The notes beneath the pieces were generated by a model. It was not told the origin of the DNA, ran no database searches, and was given only the letters and a program-made list of their open reading frames with translations. A stretch of 63,363 nt of DNA, the filler included, from Craspedostauros australis (lineage: Eukaryota): the NCBI GenBank assembly GCA_030167865.1. It is 9 parts of 9 records of this genome, joined end to end, with 100 filler letters (N's around TTAATTAATTAA, not from the genome) between each part and the next. Parts side by side here need not be neighbours in the genome. Positions count along the whole stretch, not along the records: positions 48,079 to 63,363 come from JALAGF010002175.1; 8 more parts are not named here. One strand, given 5' to 3'. Shown here piece by piece: positions 55,747-63,363 of the stretch (position 1 is its first letter; each line of letters opens with the position of its first letter). Made by a program: the position numbers and the translations under genes.

Positions 55747-57927
55747 ATGACGACGACGCCGAAAGCACAGCAAAAGATGCTTTGCATTGTGACCATCACG
55801 TTACTTTCTTCGATGTGCGTGACATCGTGGTCACCTCATACGTTGAGCAGGCCTTTTGCAAGGAGAACCGGGCCCGCAAACGTCAACATTGCCGCAAGCG
55901 CACGCGGGTTGCGTTATGCCGCAAGCGATGATCACGACGATGACGAACATGGGGCATTGTCGGAACGCATGGCCAACATCCGCGCCTTGCAGAAGGCATT
56001 CTACTCGCCTGCCGTAGGTGAAGCGGACGGCCTCATCATCGACAATCAAACGCAGACGCAGGCCGACAGTCAAACACAAGCTGAACAATCTGCGGAGAGA
56101 CCTCTGCGAAGTGGAGGGACCAACCCACGTCTGGATGAAACGAGCGGGATACTCCACAATGTTCCAATCTGGGATGCGATCGATACGACTAGTTTGGATG
56201 CATCCGCCATCAACGACATCATAGCTGGAGGTTTGGGAGCTCAGAGTTCCAATGATGCATCAAACCTGGCGAGCAGCAGCAGCCGCAGTGCAGATAATGG
56301 CAAACAACACAGTGGCGCATGGACACCAATCCCTGGTAGGTCCCACGTCTTGGCGATTGACTCGGCCATCAACACGCATATTCTGGAAACCATGATCCGC
56401 ACCAGCACCGACAAGAACGCGTGGTATATTGGTCACATCCCTCCCAGCGATCCGCGAAAGACCGATGCTCAAGACCAGAAAGCATCGTCATCGTCGCGCG
56501 GGCAGAGTCATGACAGCTCACTGGGCTGTCTGTTGCGCATCGCGGATTATCGACGCATGATGGACGGCCGAATCATTGTCCTCATCCATGCCCTCGATCG
56601 CTTCGTCGTCGATTCCGTCACTCAGACGCTGCCGTACCACGTCGCCGACATCCAGCTGATCCCAGATCTGGAAGAATTGGATCCGTACCTTACGCAGGAA
56701 GGTCTCATGAGGGAGACAGAATCCACCATGTCCTGCGCCCGCGCCATGGCCATATCCGAGTCCATGTCGTACTACCAGGAATACGAATTCGATTCTACGC
56801 ACACGCTTCCATTGCCGTGCGGCGCTGACAACGATCAGTGGGAGACTACTGCTCACAGCAACGGCGACGGTAATGGCAGCGCGAATCCTGCCAACGATGT
56901 CTCCTATGGAAACCTATCCAACGGCACCCCGTCCTCGCTCGGCAAAGCCTCGAGCACAGCGGATGCTGACGCAAACGTGGAAGAGTGCTATCTAGAAGAC
57001 GATGATCTTAGCTCGAAGATGGGCCGCGTCCTGCCGTTCTCACCGTACGCGAAGGGCATGCAGCCACCGACGCCCGATCAAGTCTCATCCATGATGATCG
57101 AAAGCGGCAGCTTCAACGAATGCGACATCTTTGACGATCTCATCATCGATGATGATGATCAAACCGCATCACGCACACCACAGAGTAGTGAACCACATTC
57201 CGAACTTTCAACACCAAATCAACGCAGACATCCGCGTCGTCCCTTGGAGTATCAACTGCTCAAGGACAACATCCTCGACACGCCGCATGCCATCAAATCG
57301 TCCTGGGCCGCGACGGGACTTTCGGCCAGCGAACTAGAGGTCGAGCTGTGGCTGGCAATCAACGAATACCTGGGGAAGACACGCACGCCGGTCTCGCCCA
57401 TCCTCCTGGGCCTCATCCCGCCACGCGTTCGCTGGCCATCCAACTTCAAGCTCAACAGCATCGGATCTGGGTTGAAGAACTTGGAGTCTCTGCTGTCGCG
57501 GAAGTTGTCACGCTCTGTTGAGCGAAGTGAGACGGTGACATCGCGTCAATCAATTCCATCCTTTCAGGAGGATCGATCGCCATCCAACAGCACGGCAATT
57601 GAAGCACCAAAAGCGGACGATTCCCTTTCCAGCGCATCCGAGATGAGGCCAGCAATGAAGGCAACGACGACGCAGGCCGCCGCACCGTCGATACGTCGGA
57701 AGATCACGCACGATTTCGTCGCGTTGTCGCGAGATTACCCAGAACATCGACGCCAAAAGCGCCTGAGCTACTCCGCAGCTCAGCTCCTCGAAACGGCAAT
57801 GGAGGATGAGCACGAGATCGAGATGTTGAGACAGCAGCTGCTGAGGATCCCGAGCACGAAGCATCGGATGGCGTTCGTGTTGGAGCAGTTTCACATCCTC
57901 CTCATGACCAGCGATGTGGAGATGTGA
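55747..57927 (+). CDS. LON N-terminal (substrate-binding)-like domain protein, probably plastid-targeted, without AAA+ or protease domains
   Basis: Leader ...LCIVTITLLSSMCVTS-WSP. GCLLRIADYRRMMDGRIIVLIHALDRFVV..TLPYHVAD. RQQLLRIPSTKHRM. Confidence 0.7.
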   Translation: MTTTPKAQQKMLCIVTITLLSSMCVTSWSPHTLSRPFARRTGPANVNIAASARGLRYAASDDHDDDEHGALSERMANIRALQKAFYSPAVGEADGLIIDNQTQTQADSQTQAEQSAERPLRSGGTNPRLDETSGILHNVPIWDAIDTTSLDASAINDIIAGGLGAQSSNDASNLASSSSRSADNGKQHSGAWTPIPGRSHVLAIDSAINTHILETMIRTSTDKNAWYIGHIPPSDPRKTDAQDQKASSSSRGQSHDSSLGCLLRIADYRRMMDGRIIVLIHALDRFVVDSVTQTLPYHVADIQLIPDLEELDPYLTQEGLMRETESTMSCARAMAISESMSYYQEYEFDSTHTLPLPCGADNDQWETTAHSNGDGNGSANPANDVSYGNLSNGTPSSLGKASSTADADANVEECYLEDDDLSSKMGRVLPFSPYAKGMQPPTPDQVSSMMIESGSFNECDIFDDLIIDDDDQTASRTPQSSEPHSELSTPNQRRHPRRPLEYQLLKDNILDTPHAIKSSWAATGLSASELEVELWLAINEYLGKTRTPVSPILLGLIPPRVRWPSNFKLNSIGSGLKNLESLLSRKLSRSVERSETVTSRQSIPSFQEDRSPSNSTAIEAPKADDSLSSASEMRPAMKATTTQAAAPSIRRKITHDFVALSRDYPEHRRQKRLSYSAAQLLETAMEDEHEIEMLRQQLLRIPSTKHRMAFVLEQFHILLMTSDVEM

Positions 57928-58166
57928 TTTTCATGGCATGATCGCAACTTTGCGAGGGATGATGTTGGGCATGTCCATTATACAACGGGTGTAGAGTAGA
58001 GCCATTTCGTTTTACTCCCCTCCATTCATCATGCTGCGTATGGTAGTGCGTGTCTAGCCTGTAGTGGCGTACACTCATCACCCGAGGGGCTCCCCAACCC
58101 AACATGCTTGTGCATGCTGTCATCGTCAAGGCCTTGACGATCCGTTGGTGAGCCCTCGCCCTCATT

Positions 58167-59690
58167 CTATTGATGCATGAAACCGCAACACTGCTTCCAT
58201 CGAGTCATCTGTGTGCGCACGGCTTCGACCAGAACGTGAGCCGGTGCGCACAATTGGGCCGCGCGCGCAGTTCGTTTCATTTTCCCAGTTTTCATCTTGG
58301 CCTTCTCTTCGGCTATGTCTGTGCCCAGATAGACGAAGGTGTGATTGACTCCGGATAGTGCCGCCATCGTTCCATAGAACCCTGGGTAGCCATATGAATG
58401 CGTCAACACCTCGATTAATGCGCTGCATCGATTCATGAACACGATGCCTGTGAGATGCGCCCCGTGCGGTGTTACCAAGATATCCACATTGGTGAATGCC
58501 TCCACTTGCTCCGCGAATGTCAGGCCCTCGAAGTAGAGCAATGGAGGGATGTACGACAGATTCATTTCTTTTTGCAGAAGTAATGCTATGTCGAATGCTC
58601 CGATCAGCGTCCTGCTACGTTGTCGGTCGGCGACGACAATGCGAGGTTCGTCGGGCTGCCCGCTTGTGAAGATAGCATTGCGTCTCGAGGCGGCGGCGGT
58701 GGCGGTGTCGTCCCTGGAAGCCGGAGTTGCCGCAGCTGTAGCATTCGCATGGTTGGCCGAACAGTACACTTCTTGGTATTGACCCAACCCAAGCGTGGTC
58801 AACGTGCTGCGTCTCCAACTCCTCATGTCATCTTCTTGGACAACCAAATAGCCTTCTTCCATGCTACTTCTCGCTACTGCATGCACCGCATCTGGTTGTC
58901 CTGTTACATACCTGCCCACGAAGTCCTGCGGCGGCATTTGAACGATCGAGACGCCGCTGGCCTGCAACACTTGCAGTATCCCCCTGCTGAACGCGGACGA
59001 GTTCGTGAACTCATCGTACCGATCCTTGCTGAGGATGAAGACATGCCGTGCGTTCGGAAAGTGCCGCCACAGCGACCAGCATGTCAGCACGTGCTGCATC
59101 TGATGTGGAAAATGGTACGTAACCCAGTACTTCACAACAGAACAAGCGGCTGTCTTTATCTCAGGACTGTTGGCCGGAGGCTGCGCTGTCGTAGAAGTAT
59201 TCACAGGTGCAGGTATATGCGCTTCAGTTGTCGCGGACAGATCTGCGTCTGTATTTGTTCTATCGTGGTCTCGCCATGCTTGTTCAAAGTTAGCTGACAT
59301 GCGGGCGAACACGTCAGTGATATCATTCGAAGTTGGGTGATTGGTCGTGGCGACAATGTGTGGCATGCTGGTGTTGTGGATGTTACATTTGTAACCCTTT
59401 GCGGTCATGATGCGTTTACTTTTCGATGGAGCCTTCCATTGCCGCATGAAGGCCGGGAATTCCGTGATGTTGGGTGCTGGTGATGCAACTGCTGACGCTG
59501 TTCCGACTCGTACGGATGCTGTCTCTGGTACCGTTCCGTTTTCGCCATCGCGTGGCCCTTCTGGCTGATAGGAATGCGCTTGGTCGTCATCACTTCGTGA
59601 TCCTGGTTTGTATGGGCTCGTGAAGATCGCCGCGATGAGGATGATGATGGCGATGTACAGTGACGCCCGAACAGGCACCCGAGCGGCCAT
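58167..59690 (-). CDS. GT61/DUF563-family glycosyltransferase, type II membrane
   Basis: N-terminal TM. HFPHQMQH. YFEGLTFAEQVEAFTNVDILVTPHGAHLTGIVFM..LIEVL. Confidence 0.85.
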   Translation of the reverse strand: MAARVPVRASLYIAIIILIAAIFTSPYKPGSRSDDDQAHSYQPEGPRDGENGTVPETASVRVGTASAVASPAPNITEFPAFMRQWKAPSKSKRIMTAKGYKCNIHNTSMPHIVATTNHPTSNDITDVFARMSANFEQAWRDHDRTNTDADLSATTEAHIPAPVNTSTTAQPPANSPEIKTAACSVVKYWVTYHFPHQMQHVLTCWSLWRHFPNARHVFILSKDRYDEFTNSSAFSRGILQVLQASGVSIVQMPPQDFVGRYVTGQPDAVHAVARSSMEEGYLVVQEDDMRSWRRSTLTTLGLGQYQEVYCSANHANATAAATPASRDDTATAAASRRNAIFTSGQPDEPRIVVADRQRSRTLIGAFDIALLLQKEMNLSYIPPLLYFEGLTFAEQVEAFTNVDILVTPHGAHLTGIVFMNRCSALIEVLTHSYGYPGFYGTMAALSGVNHTFVYLGTDIAEEKAKMKTGKMKRTARAAQLCAPAHVLVEAVRTQMTRWKQCCGFMHQ

Positions 59691-60463
59691 GGTTGGGAGT
59701 GATTAACGCGTTTTGTGTCTTGTTGTGAAATGGCTCGGCTTGACTTTCTTGAGTTGCTGTGCCTGGGCGGCGATGAATAATCGATGGTACCGTTATGGAT
59801 GATATGGAGCTCGAGCCCATCGCATTGAGTACAATGCGGTATCGTCAATGCTTGTCCTACTCCTCAGGCAGGGAGATCTGCCAATGACGACAGCGGAGTA
59901 TTGTGGCTTGTGTTTTTCTGTTTTCGGTTGTTCGAGAAGAGGCACACAAAATGAGGTTGGTGGTGACCGTTGAGATTGGCCTTGGTTAAGGCAAATTGCC
60001 GCAACTCCAGACCAGTTCCAACCAATCGATCAGAAATGGAAACAAATGATCTAGACTTCGTTTGTATGGGCTGCAACATAGCGTGCTAGAGGAGAGTAGA
60101 GTGTGCGTTTTGCAATTCTTGTGACTCTCGCTGGACTAGATCGTAGTCGTATGTGTCAGAAGGATGATGTACCTTACAAAGATGTCAGCCAGGACCAACT
60201 GTTTGCAGGTTCGCACAGTTGGATCTTAGGGGGCAGATCCCTTGCGGAGGATGCAAACCCACGGATGAACACAATGGTGGCTTGGACAGACTCGGTGAGA
60301 AGACTCAGCACGCTCCCGATCTCATCAACTGCACGTCAGCGCTGTGCCTATTGTGGATGGAATAGTGCGTGCACGCGTCACCCACGAGGCTGTCCAGAAG
60401 CTTCGTACTCGTGGAGTATATTTGAATCGATTGTCGATCCCTTGCTAATCCAACACCTCCATT

Positions 60464-61948
60464 CTACTCAGACGTGAAACCACAGCACTGCCTCCATCGA
60501 GCGATCTGCGTGCGTGTGGCTTCGACCAGAACGTGAGCCGGTGGGCACATTGGGGCCCTACTCGCTGCAAGTCTCGCTGTCTCATTTCTCGGATCGATAT
60601 TCTCCTCGTCGATGTTCGTGCCAAGATACACGTAGGAGTGATTGACTCCGGATAGCGCCGCCATCGTTCCAAAGAACGTTGGGTATCCATACCCATGCGG
60701 CAACACCTCGATCAATGAGCTGCATCGATTCATGAACACGAGGCCCGCGAGATGTGCACCATGTGCAGTCACAAGGATATCTGCGTTGGCGAATGCCTCC
60801 ACCTGTTGTGCGAAGGTGAGATCCTCGAAGTAGACGACTGGGGGCACGTAAGAGAGACCCATTTCTTTTTGCAGAAGGAAGGCGATGTCGTATGCGCCGA
60901 TCAACGTCCTGCTTGTTTCACGGTCGATGATGACAATGCGAGGTTCCTTGCGTGGCGCTGGAGCAGCGACGATTTCGTCCTTGGCGTCATTCGCGTGGTT
61001 GGCGGAGCAGTACACTTGTTGGTATTGATCCAATCCCATCGCGGCCAACGCGCTGCTTCTCAAACTCCTCACAGCGTCTTGATGAGTTGCCTTGTAACCG
61101 ATGAAATTGTCGACCGGCGGCGTTGCGGACACCACCTCTGGTTTCCCGTATACGTGGTTGTCAAAATATTGGTCGGGCTTCATGACAACGATTGAGACGC
61201 CACTGGCCTCCAGCACGTCCCGCACTCCCCTGCTGAATGTCGAAGAGTTTGTGAAATGGGCGGCGCGGCCTTTGTGGAGGTTGAGAACACGCTTCGCATT
61301 CGGAAAATGATGCCAGAAGGACCAGCACGGCAAGATGTGTTGCATCTGATGTGGGAAATGGGACGTGATCCAGTACCTCACGATTGAGCACACCGCAACC
61401 TTGACCTCAGAACTGTTGGTTGGAGACTGCGGCGTCGTAGAAGTATTCACAGATGCAGTGAGGTGCGCACCTGGACGAGCGAGGCGTGGCATGGACTGGC
61501 CTGCATATCTGTTCGTCGTGTCGTGGTCTCGCCACGCTTGTTCAAAGTTTTCGGACACGGTCCTGAAGACGTCGGTGAGGTTGTACGAAGTTGGATGATT
61601 GGTCGTGACGTAAAGATGTGGAATGCTGGTGTCGTGGATGTTACAGTTTTCCCCCTTTGCGATCATGATGCGCTCGCTTTTCGATGGAGGCTTCCATTGC
61701 CGCATGAAGGCCGGGAATTCGATGGCTGCGGATGCGGGTGATGCAACTGCTGACGATTCTTCCACAGTTGCTGGTACTGTCTCTCTCAAAGACCTGCTTT
61801 CGTCGTCGCGAGGCGTTGTTGACTGATAGGAATACCCTTCGCCGTCCTGCTGTCGTGTTGGCCGGCTGTATGGGTTCGTGAAGATTGTTGCGACGAGCAG
61901 GACTATGGCGGCGTACACCGACATGCGCCCGGGCGCACGAGTGGTCAT
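60464..61948 (-). CDS. GT61/DUF563-family glycosyltransferase, tandem paralogue
   Basis: Colinear with 58167-59690. YFEDLTFAQQVEAFANADILVTAHGAHLAGLVFM. Start inferred at MTTRAPG. Confidence 0.85.
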   Translation of the reverse strand: MTTRAPGRMSVYAAIVLLVATIFTNPYSRPTRQQDGEGYSYQSTTPRDDESRSLRETVPATVEESSAVASPASAAIEFPAFMRQWKPPSKSERIMIAKGENCNIHDTSIPHLYVTTNHPTSYNLTDVFRTVSENFEQAWRDHDTTNRYAGQSMPRLARPGAHLTASVNTSTTPQSPTNSSEVKVAVCSIVRYWITSHFPHQMQHILPCWSFWHHFPNAKRVLNLHKGRAAHFTNSSTFSRGVRDVLEASGVSIVVMKPDQYFDNHVYGKPEVVSATPPVDNFIGYKATHQDAVRSLRSSALAAMGLDQYQQVYCSANHANDAKDEIVAAPAPRKEPRIVIIDRETSRTLIGAYDIAFLLQKEMGLSYVPPVVYFEDLTFAQQVEAFANADILVTAHGAHLAGLVFMNRCSSLIEVLPHGYGYPTFFGTMAALSGVNHSYVYLGTNIDEENIDPRNETARLAASRAPMCPPAHVLVEATRTQIARWRQCCGFTSE

Positions 61949-62899
61949 GATTAGGAGCGAAGAGTGCGTTGTGTGTTGTGAGTTGAGGCTTGCGGCGTGG
62001 CTCGGCCTTGGCTTGCTTGAGTTGTGTTGTTGATGCTGTCGTATGAATATGAGCAGTTGCCGGTGTTCAATCCTAAATCTCAAGCAACGTATGCCGATGG
62101 CAACTTGGCATTGGTGCTGTGCAGGGCATCAGCGTCGCGGGAGGCAAAATCGTTTCGCCAGAAATTTGTGAGGGGGTGGGTGTTGTCTTGTTGCGCGTTT
62201 GTATGTCTTGTCTGATCGTGTTTGGTGGGCAAGGGCCTCCTTGGCGGGTGTTTTTTGCCAATCGTGATGGTCACGTCAATGAGAAAGTTGGAGTTCCACA
62301 ACACGACAACCAGTCATTGCGACGGGCTGGATTCCATGACGTGGTGTGACAAATGCGCGAGCGCGTTTTTCTACCGAGAGATCCATAAAACCGCCCGTCT
62401 CCAGAATCTTGGCGCACGTTCGCGCAGTCCTTCACGGCGCCTTTTCCTCTCCGCTTTGAGCAAAATTCTTGGAGCTGTTTGGTGTTCGCTGGTTCAGAAG
62501 GTTGATGCGCGCAGATTCCTGGCCACTCCGAGGTGGATCGCGGGGAAGACATTGCACGAAATGACCCGTGACTGCGAAAAGCTGAAGAACAAGGCGGCGG
62601 ATTCGAAGTTTGTCTTGTGAGATTGCGTCTGTCCATCGACAGGGTCAATTGATGGCTGCCAATGACTCGGGATTGGATGGCATACCACTTTGCTTTCTTT
62701 CCTGTCAGTTTTGTCAGGGAAAACTGTTTCAATCCTCTGCTCGAGTGTCACATCACATAGCATGCTTGTGCTTGACGAAGGCGCTGGGTGCCTAGAGTAC
62801 ATGGGGTACTTCATTGTCAGAATGGCTACGCCCATCCCAGGCAAGCCCTTGCCAACGCATCGATCCTGTTCTATTCTCCTCTACTCTGTTTTGTCTGTC

Positions 62900-63209
62900 C
62901 TACTGGCCCTGGAGTTCACAGCACTCCTGCAACCGAGCGATCTGCGAACGCACAGCTGCCACCAGAACGGTAGCTGGTGCGCACCATGGATCCTGTGTGC
63001 ATTTCGTCTCGGCGCGTATGTATTCATGATGGCATTGTCTTCGGTCATGTTCGTGCCGAGATGTAGCACACGCAGGAGTGATTGTCACCAGACAGTGCGG
63101 CGAGAGTTTCAAACAATGTTTGGTGGCAGCACCTCGATGACCGCGCTACACCGACTCGTGAACGCAAGGCCTGTGAGATATGTGCTGCGTGTGTTGTCAC
63201 GAGGATATC
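62900..63209 (-). pseudogene. Frameshifted 3' relic of a third GT61 paralogue
   Basis: DILVTTHAAH / TGLAFTSRCSAVIEVL / FETLAALSGDNHS / CAPATVLVAAVRSQIARLQECC, spread over different frames. Confidence 0.8.
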
Positions 63210-63244
63210 CCTAATGATTTTGGCCTGGTACTGGCCTACGTACC

Positions 63245-63317
63245 TTGTGTCCGGACGCAAATTGGAGGTGCAATTTGCTTCCCCACGCAAATTGGGCCAA
63301 TTTGCGTCCGGACGCAA
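63245..63317. repeat. Nested palindromes, probably the end of a DNA transposon or MITE
   Basis: 63245-63265 vs 63297-63317 inverted match 20/21. Perfect 11-bp hairpin at 63285-63307. 16-bp palindrome at 63302-63317. Confidence 0.75.
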
Positions 63318-63363
63318 GCGGCGACTCAACGGACTCGCCCAAATACGCTTTACGAGAAGCCGT

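Overview
Eukaryotic nuclear DNA, most likely from a diatom. Evidence: ASAFAP-type bipartite plastid-targeting peptides, short GT-AG introns, CoDi-like Ty1/copia and Ambal-like non-LTR elements. The window is not contiguous. It is nine contig pieces joined by artificial 100-nt spacers (44 N + TTAATTAATTAA + 44 N), so adjacency across spacers means nothing. Host genes: PIMT, a plastid DUF1995 protein, a plastid MEKHLA-like + WHEP-like protein, Rad21/Rec8 kleisin, a PH-TM-DUF1336 protein, a plastid-targeted TrhO (rhodanese tRNA U34 hydroxylase family) + class I O-methyltransferase fusion, two paralogous RVxF/'CxRGLE' proteins, an ankyrin protein, a bZIP factor, VPS25, a LON-N-like protein and a tandem GT61 cluster (two genes plus one relic). 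Mobile DNA: a Harbinger-like relic, a piggyBac transposase, CpG-decayed non-LTR relics with nested insertions (a solo LTR with 5-bp TSD and a 205-bp tRNA-like cassette with 7-bp TSD), a copia gag fragment, and a young-looking copia element with a probable -1 frameshift and a PDZ-like domain. Best candidates for something new: (1) the TrhO-OMT fusion as a possible single-polypeptide ho5U->mo5U wobble-modification enzyme in the plastid; (2) the small mobile tRNA-like Pol III cassette. All family calls come from motif recognition by eye; no database searches were run.
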